A stretch of DNA of 43,616 bases, taken from Klebsormidium nitens (lineage: Eukaryota; Plantae; Klebsormidiophyceae). The stretch covers positions 1-43,616 of the forward strand of contig DF237636.1 of the NCBI GenBank assembly GCA_000708835.1. The letters run 5' to 3'. Position numbers and translations under genes: made by a program. Below are positions 20,886-32,900 of the stretch, piece after piece. Under the pieces are notes generated by a model. The model had not been told where the DNA came from and did no database searches. It saw nothing but the letters and a program-made list of their open reading frames with translations. Each line of letters starts with the position of its first letter. The stretch's first letter is position 1.

Positions 20886-22855
20886 TCAGGCAGGGGCAGG
20901 GGCTCCCCCAGGCGGCCCGCCTGGCCCCCCTCCCGGAGGGGCAGGGCCCCCTTGCCCCGCCCTTCGGTTTCTATGCGTGATGCGGCCCCTGGTGAGGTCG
21001 TAGGGCGAGATCTCGACCTTGACGCGGTCCCCCTGGAAGATCTCAATTCTGTTGCGCCGGATCTTGCCCGAGATGTGCGCCAGCACCTGGCACCCGTTGT
21101 CCAGCGCCACCTGGAACATGGCGTTCGGCAGCGCCTTCTGCACCTCGCCCTCCATCTCGATCGCACTCTGCTTCTTCAGCGCTGGCCGCAGCCCCCGCCC
21201 GCGCCGCTGCGGGCCCACCTCCCCAAAGTCGCCCACCACCGCCATCGCCAGCGCCACCGGATACGCCGGCCCCAGGGACAGCCGCGAGACAGCAAGCGCT
21301 CCAACAACACAGGCTATACAGGCTAGGACAGCAGCCACCCAGGCGCGCAGTGCTGCACACCGGAGACAAAATGGATGGGGGAGTCGGCGGAAAAAGCCAC
21401 GCAATATGCAGTGCCTAGCGACGATCGCTCTCTTGCATCAAACCGTTGCTAGCCCGCACGACTTTCAAAGGACGCATCCATTGTTACTGACACACAAGCA
21501 TACAAGCAAGGAACAACTTTGCAACAAGCACTCCATAGAGGCACAGACTTGCAGTATGACCCTGCTTCAAGCCCCATCGACCTCACCTGCGGGCAAGTGT
21601 CTCAGGACCGGTGCCTGCGACACGGCCTGCCCAACAGTCTCAGCTGCACTGCGTGCTTCTGCCAGGCACCACGACAGGACTTTCCGCACTGGCGCCTGCG
21701 AGTGAGGAGGCAGCACGAGGCCAGGGTTCAAAAACACACGCGTGAGCAATTATGAGGCTTTACAGCGGAAGCAGGTCCTGAGTCCTCCTGCCACGACCAC
21801 CAGAGCCCCACGCAGCACGGGGGTAAACTCGCACCGACACAGAATATGATAGCACAGCAACCGCGGCCAGTTATGACCCATGTGCAAGCACTAGCAGCTA
21901 TTCGGAGTTGTGCTAGGGCTAAGGCCCAGATCTAAGACACAAGCTCCGCCACAGCATCTGTTGGCTGGGGGATGCTAAACAGCTGAAACCGCCCCAGGCT
22001 GTGTGGAATGACAATCTGCCCTAGCCTGGCAGGGTCAACGATGACGGCATTGAGTTTATTGACCAGCAGCCCCTCGCTAGACCAAGGCCCAGGCGCTCAC
22101 TTGCGATGGTCCCTGCGTGGCCGCTGTTCGGGCAGAGGACGCAGCCTGTATTGAAGAACCGGTGCGCTCCCCTCTGAATGTGGTTCCATGCTCCTGGCTC
22201 CCTATTTGCAGCCACCGCCAGCCAGAGTGCCGCCTCATCTGTGCACCAAGGGGGGGTATCTGTGAGTCAGACCACCTTCTCCGCCCAATGCCAGCAGGTA
22301 CTTGTACAGTGAACGGGGGCTATGGTATGAGCCGCCTACTCGCATACCTACGGCCGGTGCGACATAACAAAAGTGCGCTCAATTGGCGCGCAGCATTTGC
22401 GCAATTGATTATGCTTGGAACCGATGCGAGGGAAGTGGTGCAGCAGCAGGTGGTGCCAAACTCTACTGCACACATCCAGCATGATTTGTCAGGACAAGGA
22501 CAGCATTCACCCGCCATCACGGGAACAAGAGGCCTCAGTCATGAGGGGCGCGGCGGCCTCGTTGGCGCCTCACCTGGACCAGCGCGGCTGGGCTGACAAC
22601 CGGAGCCCCTGCCGACCCCGCCTGGTGGCCCCCCCTGCCCAGCTGGGGCGAGTCACCAAGGGAAGCTCCCCTTGCGGCGGGCAGCCGGTGGTGGCGTGCA
22701 GGGCGCCAATGTGGGGTGTTCCATAGGCCGGGTGCGGCGCCACAAGGGGGACAGCAGGCACCATTACCGGTGTGGCGCTCTGGCAGCGCTTCGCGGCCCG
22801 CCCGTCCGAAGATGCTCGAGCTGGCAGCCTCCACGCGCACCAAGCTGGCAGCCAT
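20886..22855 (-). CDS. infA: Nuclear-encoded plastid/cyanobacterial-type translation initiation factor IF-1 with a long multi-exon N-terminal presequence
   Basis: The IF-1 domain [64 protein letters not shown] (about 21170-20970) is unambiguous. The upstream exons are inferred from splice sites and phase: 22855-22574, 22145-22101, 21695-21587, then 21352 (or 21298) to 20886, about 300 or 282 aa. Confidence is about 0.95 for the domain and about 0.6 for the 5' exons. Confidence 0.8.
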
Positions 22856-22944
22856 GGCGTCTGCGGTCCTGTGGCTGAACCAAAGCTATCTAGAGCACTT
22901 CTCTCTGCGTTCGCTGACATCAATTCTGGAAGGTAAGCTACCCC

Positions 22945-22976
22945 AACCACCCTAACCACCCTAACCACCCTAACCA
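22945..22976 (+). repeat. Tandem AACCACCCT x3.5 (telomere/telo-box-like) between the divergent infA and ThrRS start codons
   Basis: ccccAACCACCCTAACCACCCTAACCACCCTAACCAgcg, read directly. Confidence 0.85.
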
Positions 22977-23179
22977 GCGAGTTTGTAACCGTAACGCTAC
23001 GGTGATGTAACTGCATGGTTCTGTTCAGATCGTTACACACCGCGACTGAGAACCTCGCGTTGACCACGGAACAAAACCTGACACCCATATTGGCACACAG
23101 ATCTTCCAACTCCGTTCAGCATGTTCATGGGTGCTTTCAATCGTGCTTCCAAGGCATTGGCAGCATCACCATCGCCGCT

Positions 23180-26100
23180 ATGGCAACCAATGCGGAGGGC
23201 GTGTCCGGTGCTGCCGACAAGATGGCGAGCGCCAGCCTGGGCGACGGCCCCTCCCCATCGAATGGTCCCGCGGTGAAGGTGGCAGGCAGCGCCGGCAAGA
23301 AGGGCAAGGAGGGCGACAAGAAGAAGGGGGCCAAGGAGCTGCCCGCGGAGGTGGTGGAGTACCATCAGCAGCGGATTGCCATGTTTGAGGAGCTGCAGAA
23401 GGAGCAAAAGGAGCACCGCCAGCAAGTTGGCGGGGAGGCTATCAAGTGAGGGCTATCGCCAGCTCTTTCAAAAATCCAGGAGTGGGAAGTTGGCATTTGA
23501 ACTATGATGGTTGAATCATGTGTGAGAGTGGGCCTATGGATCACTATCACTTCTCTGCATCGCACCACCAGGTGAGGTCGGCGGCTGCCCCCTGTAAGTG
23601 CTCACTGTCAGTGGGCCTCCCTTCACATGGTGTTTGGTGCGCTGCGCAGGGTGTCCATTGGCGGCCAAGTGGTGGAGGGCAAGAAGTGGCTCTCTACGCC
23701 GTTTGACATCGGCAAGACCGTCTCCAAGGACCTCGTCAAGGACGCCCTCATCGCCAAGGTCAGCCATGGCTGTCGCATTTCAACAGCCAGTTGCAAATGT
23801 TGTCAGATTGTCTGTGTCTCCTTTCGCCGAGCAGGTGTTCTTCGGGTCGCACTCTTGATCCTCAGTCCCATTGGCGCCGCTCATGTCTAAGAGCCTGTGC
23901 GTGCGCTGAGCGGTGGTTGCGTGGTGCGTACAGGTTGATGACGTGTTGTGGGACATGGCGCGGCCGCTGGAGGGCGATTGCAGCCTGCAGATCTTCAGCT
24001 TTGAGAGCGCGGAGGGCCGGGACACCTTCTGGCACTCGAGCGCACACATCTTGGGGGAGGTGCGTGGACCACCAGTACAGCTCTCCATTCTTTCAGAGAG
24101 CCCTGAACCACTTACCATGTGCGGGATGTTTTCGATCCTGGTCTACGTTAACAATTACGCAGTATAAGCGTGTTCATTTTTGAAACAAACTTGAGATCAC
24201 GTTCCATTGTCACGCCCGCTGGTGGTTGTCTCTTCACTGCGGGTTTTGGTGGAGTGCAGGCGCTGGAGCAGGAGTATGGCTGCGACCTGTGCATCGGTCC
24301 CTGCACGACGCGTGGAGAGGGCTTCTACTACGATGGTTTCTACGGGGGGCTTACGCTGGAGGAGGAGCAGTACAAGGCGATCAAGGCCAAGGCGGGGTGG
24401 GCCGTGAAGCAGAAGCAGAACTTTGAGAGGATTGAGGTCACGCGCGAGCAGGCCATGCGCATGTTTGACAAGAACCCTTTCAAGGTCAGGCCACCACAAG
24501 CCCACGTTAGCCCTCGCAGCAATTGTCAAGTCGCTCTTGCAACCAACGATTACTACCGGTTTGGATATCGGACTTGTTGTCTCAAACTTCTCACTTGCTC
24601 AAACCAGTGGTCTTCTCAGTATTGTCAAGTTGGACACCTCTATTGCGGAGGCTGACCCCCGGTGCGTGTCCCCAGATCGAGATCATCCGCGAGCTGCCTG
24701 AAGACAAGACCATCACGGTGTACCGCTGCGGCCCCCTGGTCGACCTGTGCCGCGGGCCCCACATCCCCAACACCGGCGCCGTCAAGGCCTTCCACATCTC
24801 CAAGGTCGGAATTCTCCCTGCCCTACCGGCGCCTGACTCAACTCTGCTACAGTTTTGCGCGTTTCACTCAGCGTTCAACCTTTTCGAGTTTCCTCTGGTG
24901 AAGCGGGGGAGTGCTGTGGCTGCCTCAGGAGCTGTTGCTATGCGACGATCACTGTTGGAGAGCTGCCCTGTCTGCCCGCTGCCGCTGAATGATGTGTGGT
25001 GCGCTGAGCAGGCTGCTGCGGCGTACTGGCGTGGGGACCAGACGCGGGAGAGCCTGCAGCGCGTCTATGGCATCTCGTACCCCAACGACACCCTCCTCCA
25101 GGTGGGAACCCCGACCGTCAGCTGTAAGCATGCGTCTCCCCATATAGCACACTGAGCTTCTTCAGCCGGCCTCTACAGAAAAGAAAGACGCAGGTTGCGT
25201 GTTGCCTGCGGCAGGCTCTGCTCGTGCGTGTCTTTGTCGGGAACTCATCATTGCGGGTGTGTGGCGCAGGAGTACTTGCACCGATTGGAGGAGGCCAAGA
25301 AGCGCGACCACCGCCTGCTGGGCATGCAGCAGGAGCTCTTCTTCTTCCACCCCCTCAGGTACGCGCCGCAAGCAGCCCACCAGCACAGCAGACACTCCTT
25401 CAGACACTCCTTCCTCTCATCTTGGCTCAGTTGCCGGGTTGTGTTGCTCCATATCTCTCAAAGCCGGCATCTCAGGGTCAGAGCATTGCCGCGGTTGATT
25501 CCTTTGCCCTGAAACTCGGCGGCGGTATGTTGCAGCCCCGGGAGCTGTTTCTTCTTGCCGCACGGCGCGCGCGTGTACAACCGGCTGCAGGAGTTCATCC
25601 GCGGGGAGTACCGGCGGCGCGGGTACCAGGAGGTGGTGACGCCCAACATGTACAACCTGGACCTGTGGGTCACGTCCGGGCACGCCGCCAACTACAAGGA
25701 GAACATGTTCCTCTTCGACGTCGAGAAGCAGCAGTTCGGCCTCAAGCCCATGAACTGCCCCGGCCACTGCCTGCTCTTCGACCACCGCGTGCGCTCCTAC
25801 CGAGGTCAGCAGGAGGCCCCACTCCATCCCGCAATTTGCAGAGGCGCCTTGCAGATTGGCCTTCTTTCATACCAATACCGTGGGGCGAGATGAGAGCTCG
25901 GTCGTGAGACGATGGTCGCTTGTCGTACAATTCAGAGCATCTCTCTGAGCGCAACGTAGGGAATATATGACTCGTAGGAACCTGTTCTTCTAGACAATAC
26001 TCCTCTCCCTGACTCTCGTTTCCCTGCTGCTTCCAGAGTTGCCGTTGCGGTTGGCGGACTTCGGCGTGCTTCATCGGAACGAGGCGAGTGGGGCGCTCAC

Positions 26101-28280
26101 GGGGCTCACGCGAGTGCGCAGGTTTCAACAGGTGGGCACCGCAATACACCTGAAGACCGCATTCTCACGAGGTATCGTTGCCTCGGGGGGCAAACAAACG
26201 CCTGGCTAGCATCAATCTCAGAAGGTCCTCGGCTAAAGAATCTTTGAAAGACCGGCTGACGCTTTGGGACAGGCCATATGGGCTACCTTGCATTGGCAAG
26301 GAGGTGATGGGCCTCATACCCGGTCGCATCCTGACGTGCGCGGTGTGGGCGGGTGCTGCAGGACGACGCGCACATCTTTTGCACGGAGGCGCAGATCGAG
26401 GAGGAGGTGCGGGGCGTGCTCGAATTTTTGGCGCATGCGTACGGCATCTTCGGCTTCGAGTTCGACCTGGAGCTGTCGACGCGGCCTGAGAAGTACCTCG
26501 GGGAGCTCGCCACGTGGGACAAGGCCGAGGCCTTCATGGCCAAGGCGCTCGACAGCTTCGGCAAAAAGTGGCAGGTCAGTCCCAGGCCGCGCGCTATTCT
26601 TCTCAAAATGTAGGGAGATATAGAGAGGCCGAAGGAAGGATCCGCGAATTACGACCAGGGCAAGCGACGAGGCCCGCGTGGTCATCGGAGAATATGAACA
26701 CGACCTGGGCCTGATACAAAGCTGTTGTCGCGGAACAATGCCTCAACCGCTCTAGACGGTCACGGACCAACGACAAGGGCCGTCGCCTCGACAGATGCTT
26801 TTTCTGGTCGTTGCACAGCTGATAGACCATTGATGTTGGGGTATGGTGTTGCAGATCAACGCGGGCGACGGCGCGTTCTACGGCCCCAAGATCGACATCA
26901 CGGTGTACGACGCGCTGAAGCGCAAGTTCCAGTGCGCCACCATCCAGCTGGACTTCCAGCTGCCCATCCGGTTCGACCTGTCGTACAACACGGAGAGCCT
27001 GAGCAGCGACGAGAAGACGCGGCCCGTCATGATCCACCGCGCGATCCTGGGCTCCGTGGAGCGCATGTTCGCCATCCTGCTGGAGCACTACGCCGGCAAG
27101 TGGCCGCTCTGGCTCAGCCCGCGCCAGGTCATCGTCTGCCCCGTCTCCGAAAAGCACCACGACTACAGCCAACAGGTGAACCCGCCCCACACACGCCGGC
27201 TGCTTTGTGTCGGCCACGCAATGACCGTGTGAATCGCCCCAACTGCAGGAGACCCTTCCACCGGAGAGATTCTTGAGGAGGCGTGTCGAAAGGAAGGTTT
27301 AGTACTGCAGTTTGGGATCAGCGGTCGATGATAATCGGACACAGTATACTCAGCGTATAAGGCGTCGTTGGCGTGGCTGACGTGGCTGCGTGTGGCGTGT
27401 GCAGGTTGCTGCGGAGATCGAGGGGGCGGGCTTCTACGTGGAGGTGGACTACAGCGACCGCAAGCTGCCCAAGAAGGTCAGCACCCCGCCGCACTCGTGG
27501 CATAGTTTGAGCATGCGGGGCCCTGGCTGCCTGCAAATAAAGGCGTCTACTTTGCCATCAGGACTGTCGGATGGACATAGTGTCTCTGCTATTTATAACA
27601 GGGGCTCTGGTTATCTGACCCGCGCTCCTCCTTCCCCTCAGATTCGGGAAGCTCAGTTGGCCCAACACAACTTCATCTTGGTGTGCGGAGCGGAAGAGCT
27701 GGAAAGCAAAACGGTGAGCATGCGCCGCTTCAGCTTGAGCCAGGCACTGTCGCAGGTAGCCCCAAGTGTTCGGTAGGCATGGGAGGAAGGTCAACAGAAG
27801 AGAATGGCTCGTGGCGGACTGTTTGGGCCTCAGGTCTTGGTACGCATGCCATCTAGAAAAAGCACGTTTCAGAGAGTTCAAGACGATGACCGTCCGGGCA
27901 TCAGCAATATGAGCATCGAGACCCTTGGGCTGGATTGCTCCGCGGTCTCAACGAAAAGGTTTGCGAGGGCGGTGACGCCCTCACTTGAATTGTCCGAACA
28001 CGTCGCCAACGGTTTTTATGGTCCGCATGTGCTTTTGAAAGGGGGCATCTGATAGGACAGTGGGGTTTCTTCTCATGGGTGGACGGTTGAGGAGTTCCTG
28101 TTGGCTTCGGGAGCCTGGTGCCTTGTGGATTGACTTACTTAGGCCGCTCTTGACTGATACACGCTGATTGCGGTCGTGTTGCAGGTGAACGTGCGCACGC
28201 GGGATAATCAGGTTCACGGAACAAAGCCGGTTGCAGACTTCATTGCAGATCTGCGGCGACTCGTGGGAGAGTATAAGTGA
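23180..28280 (+). CDS. thrS: Threonyl-tRNA synthetase, eukaryotic cytosolic type (about 723 aa, 14 exons)
   Basis: Exons 23180-23445, 23650-23758, 23934-24059, 24260-24484, 24676-24804, 25012-25101, 25270-25358, 25536-25804, 26037-26131, 26362-26574, 26855-27175, 27405-27476, 27642-27713, 28185-28280 (2172 nt). TGS domain, editing-domain motifs [10 protein letters not shown] and DLCRGPH, then [46 protein letters not shown] and [10 protein letters not shown]. Confidence 0.97.
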
Positions 28281-29934
28281 CCAGGAGGCACTGTAGTGAT
28301 TTGCGAAAGAGACAGCCGTGTGATTGTTCTTCTTGTGTTCAAACCTGCGGAAGTGCTATTCTTAAGAAGAGAGCTTGGGAAGATGCTTGTGCATCTTGTA
28401 AAGCAGAAAACATATTTCGGTGCGCTGCTATGTACGAAATGTCCTTGGGTTGGTGGCTGGCAGAAGGTGATGTGATGCCTAAGATGGACGAAGTGCTTGC
28501 CATGCCACAAGTATTGACGTCGAGATGGGTCTCCCTTTGATACTTGAACCACACGTGGCATAGACCCGATGTCGGTAAATTATGCTCGTGCAGATCCATG
28601 CAGGATCTGCCTTTCAGGAAGGGTAAGCATTCACTAGAACATACTTGATACGAAAGTACCTTGTACAATTGGTGTTTCTCATGGAAGAATACCGGACCCT
28701 GCAGTGCGCATCGCAATTCAAAGCTGTGTGCACATGGTAGCCAGGTTGCACGTTTTAGAACATCGCCGGGTTGCACATGCTCGCCACAAAACGTATACGT
28801 CAGCTTCTGGATTCATACCGGACACGCGAGAAGAGTCCGTGTCGATCGAGCTTATGCTACATGGGCCGGCCGATCATATAGTTGTGGCCATAAACGATGC
28901 CCGTGCATGCAGTAGAAGCTGCTGCATGAAAACCTTTTAGTCTTTCAATTCTATTTACATATGGCCGGAGTGTGCGCATGACCCTTAAGTTCGCGCTCTC
29001 ATTTGTGAAATCCTTGCAATGCAAGCTATGATAGATGCGGTTGAAAAGCTTGTGTCCTATATCGATTCTAACTTAAACTTCAGCATTAAAGTAGACGCTC
29101 GGCTCGTCGAATATATGCGGGGCTGCCCAGGTTGCATGTCTATACCCCAGTTGCAAATCTAAATAACGGCCATGGTGACAACGACAATGGCAAGGAATAG
29201 CTTTAGTATGCGTGCTTCTTTAATTCAAACCTGAAAGACCTTTGATTCTTGACCATCATCAAAACAGCTGTTTTGCACCCGTGCATTTCTCGCGCAAACT
29301 TCAGCTCATGTTTGAATGCGGTTGATGCGACTCACTCCCTTGCGAATTAAATCGATTTCAAACTTTGTTTGCATGCCATTCACGGCTTGAAGTTCTCTAG
29401 AGTCTACTATACCTTCTATGGCATGCTACAACTAGTCGAGGACACACCATTCCATGCAAACTTCAGAAGTGATTAGCAGGGGATCAAGACGGCCTGTCTG
29501 GAGGTCCAAGGCAGAGAGCTTCCTACGTTCATGTATCTCTACAGAGCAGACAAAACCCCAATTTTGCCTAGTGATGCCCACAGACTTGCATTTGGAATCA
29601 GGCGTGATCCTACATTTTCTAGCTGCTCGCGAGTCGGATTGAAGAGGTTCTCAGTGAGCATTCAAGTACACGGACATCCAATTGTACACAGGCTAATGTA
29701 CACGTCTGACCCTTTACTTCTTAACTCTAATCTTACGAGTTGATGATCTCATTTTATCCCCCCCCCTCCCATGCTTTGACGGCGCTTGAAGGAATGTTCC
29801 TTGCACGTTTGTGTGCACCTGCGAGTTCGCTTCGAAGTCAAAGTCGGCCCCGCATCGCTTCTCGGTGCATCTCCCAGGCCCAGCTCGGCTATCCGAGATG
29901 CTCTATCGCTGTCTCTGGAGGGAGTCTTTTGTCG

Positions 29935-32900
29935 TTATAGTACAGCGGGCACCGGCGGGACAGCCTTGCCCACTTCCAGGCGGCTCAGCCGTACGGTCCC
30001 CAGCAGGTGCTCCGGCAGCTCCTCCTCCGTGTCCGCCTGCACACCACACGCCCATCAGCACCGCTTTTACACAATACACCGACAGCAAAGGAGTGCACCG
30101 CAAGCATGCCAAGCACTGCCCCGTGCCACTCGGCCACTGCCGGATCTCGTAAACTGGCGGCTCGCGGGATGAGACCCAGCTATGCATTGCCATGACAAAT
30201 GACAGAACAGTGCAGTACCCCTGTGTACTTGGGAATGGGCCCCTAACTGCACGCGAACATGTACCCAGAACGAAGCGCTGATTTGACAGATGCAACGTGG
30301 CCTAGCCGCGCTGGGGACGTGGCTGACCTGGATGAGGAAGGCCATGTCGACGGTGAGCTTGGATAGGTAACCCAGCACCAAGCCCACCACGCCGTTGGCC
30401 ACGCTGCTCGACCCAATGTCGATGTCCAGCTGGGTGCAGCACCACGGGGAGGAACACGGGTCAGCCAGGAAATACGAAGAGCACGAACCCATGCAAACGC
30501 ATGCGGGCACCAGTACCAAGCAAGACAGAGATGGAGCTGCCTACACGCATGAACCTGGGAACACTGCAGCACATCTGCAGCTTTGCCCCGCGGTTACAGA
30601 GCCATCGGGTGCTGCGGAGAGTATCTGGAACTTTCGAGGGCCCGAGTGCGAGCCTGACCTCGAGGTAGCTGGGCCCGCGGTGGTACGTGATGCGCAGCGC
30701 CTCGCCCACCAGGCATGCGCGCTGGCCGACCGCATTGCGCACCAGCCAGCCACCCTGCACAGCCCAGCGCGCAGTCAGGCAACACTGCCGCAGAGCAGGC
30801 ACTGACAGCAGTAAACTAAGAGGCAGCAACGACCGTATTTTGACAGGATCCGGACCGTAGCTCACGCATCACCTTCGGGATGAAGTAAAGCTTACAGAGA
30901 GGCCCCGCTTCTGATTACAGCCGACTCAGCACATTGCTACCTGGTTGAAAAAGAACCAGGCGCGCTGTGGGGCGTGGGCTGACCTGTGCGATGTTGGGGA
31001 TGAGCTTGAAGCGGCTGTTGCGGAAGGCGTCGGTGTCGTTGACGAAGCGGTGCAGCAGCGGCCACTGCTCCAGCGGCTGCAGCAGCGCGTAGTACAGGCA
31101 CAGGCTGTAGCACTCGCGGCCGGGCACCTGCAACACCGGGGTCCGCACAACCGTCACGCCACAGCCCCGTTGGGTGACAACTCATACAAGGCTCCCTAAA
31201 AGCGACGTGCAGCCGTTTGTGCTTTACTCAGGCTAACCCGCAGCGGAATCTACCTGGCGGGTTTCAGCGTAAGGGAGGGCCGCACCCGGTTAAACTTGGG
31301 AGCCTTACCTGCAGGTTGATGACGCAGAAGAAGGGGCTAAAGTCGGACGCTTTTTGTACGAGGCAGCCGGGGCGCGCCGCAAGGTGGTCCTGCCGAACCT
31401 TGCTGCGGAACCAGTCCATGCCCACGAGGTGCATCAGGGGGGGACCGCCCGACTCCTGCACGCACACCCCCACAGGGTTAGGCCGGGGACCACTTCCATA
31501 ACGTCTTCGAACGTGAGTGTGACCACCTTATCTTGAAGTGCTGTAGCTTCTAGCGTGCTTTGAGAAGCTCACTGTGCACGGCTGGCCAGATAGCAACTGG
31601 CGAGGACAGGGCTTGCACGAGGGCAGTTGCAGGTGTGCTGCGGGGGTACCTTTTTCTTGTCGATGAGGTAGGAGGCGCTGCGGATGAGGAAGAGGCTGCC
31701 GGGCGGGCACGCCCACGAGTGCTTGGCGTCCAGGCTCACGGGGCCCTCCGGCACCGACGACAGGCCCTCCACCGACCGGCTGAAACGCTGCCCCGCAGAC
31801 AGGCCTGCAGCAGCACGACAAAGAAGTGACTGTCATGGGTGGGGGCCCAAGCGAGGGGTAACCAGGCAACATCAGATTATGCATTCGCACAGAAACCTTC
31901 AGATTCAGGATGTAGAAAGGATACAGATATCCGGAATACATACAGCGCGTGGAGAATATCAGACACGATGGCGCCTCTTGGCAATCTGAAAAGGGACGCA
32001 AGTCCTCGTTTGATCCAGAGACGATACGAACAACGAAGCAATCGAGGGTGTCAGCCGTTGGCATGGTTGCTAACCTTCGTCCTTGGGCACGCGCGGCGGG
32101 GACGAGGGGCGGGGGGTGAAGCACGCCATAGGGCCGGCCTCCTTGCGCGACTTCCTCCCGCTGGGATGCTTCAGGAACGGCAGCGGCAGGCACATGGCGG
32201 CCAGGCCGTCCTGCACGACACGCCAACGGCGGTTAGGCCGTGAGCCGTGAAAGGAGACCCGAAAAGCAACAGACGTCTTGCTGGCATCAGGCAGCGGTAC
32301 CCGTGCAAGATCTCCCCAGGTCAGGCATAAGCGAGACAATACGCAGCGGCCGAACGGCTCACGTCGGCGTCGCTGTCGGACTCCTCTCCCTCCACCTCGG
32401 CCTTGTCCGCGGCATCCTGCGCCTCGCGCGCCTGCCACGTGGTCTCCTCCCTAGCGTCGAAGAACTCGTCGTCCTCGCCCGGGTCCAGGAAGCTGTCGCT
32501 CACAGCCGCCTTCGGCCCCGCCCCGCCATCCTCGGTCGCGCTACTACCCATGGGAGCCGCGACCCGTGATGCAGAGCTTGCGAGGGGCTCTTTTCCAATC
32601 TCTGGCGCCAGGCTTTTGTCAGGAGGTGGCATTGGGAGGAGGCGCGGCCGGTCGGGCTGGCCATTACGTGGCTCACAAGACGTCCAGATGCGGTCCCAAG
32701 CCTCTAGTTTGGGCTCCCGTGATGCGAACATCTCACGCAGCGCTGCAGCACCCCAGGGACAGAACCCGTTAGAAGGGGCCACCCGGCAGATCATTGCGGA
32801 GTCTTCGCAGCATACGAACAGCGGACGAGTAGCTGTCAGAAGTCATGTGACGGTGTGCCATAGTCTGGGCAGTGCGTTACCTGCGACCCGGTTGAGCATG

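Noticed and set aside
21353-21404. Single-exon IF-1 gene starting at the ATG at 21404 (172 aa)
   Set aside because: Not excluded, but disfavoured. The segment is a pyrimidine tract ending in TGCAG typical of an acceptor, and phase-compatible upstream exons exist.
28300-29900. Intergenic ORFs and possible ncRNA between ThrRS and the EDR2-like gene
   Set aside because: No recognisable RNA structure, repeat or protein motif. Consistent with convergent 3'-UTRs.
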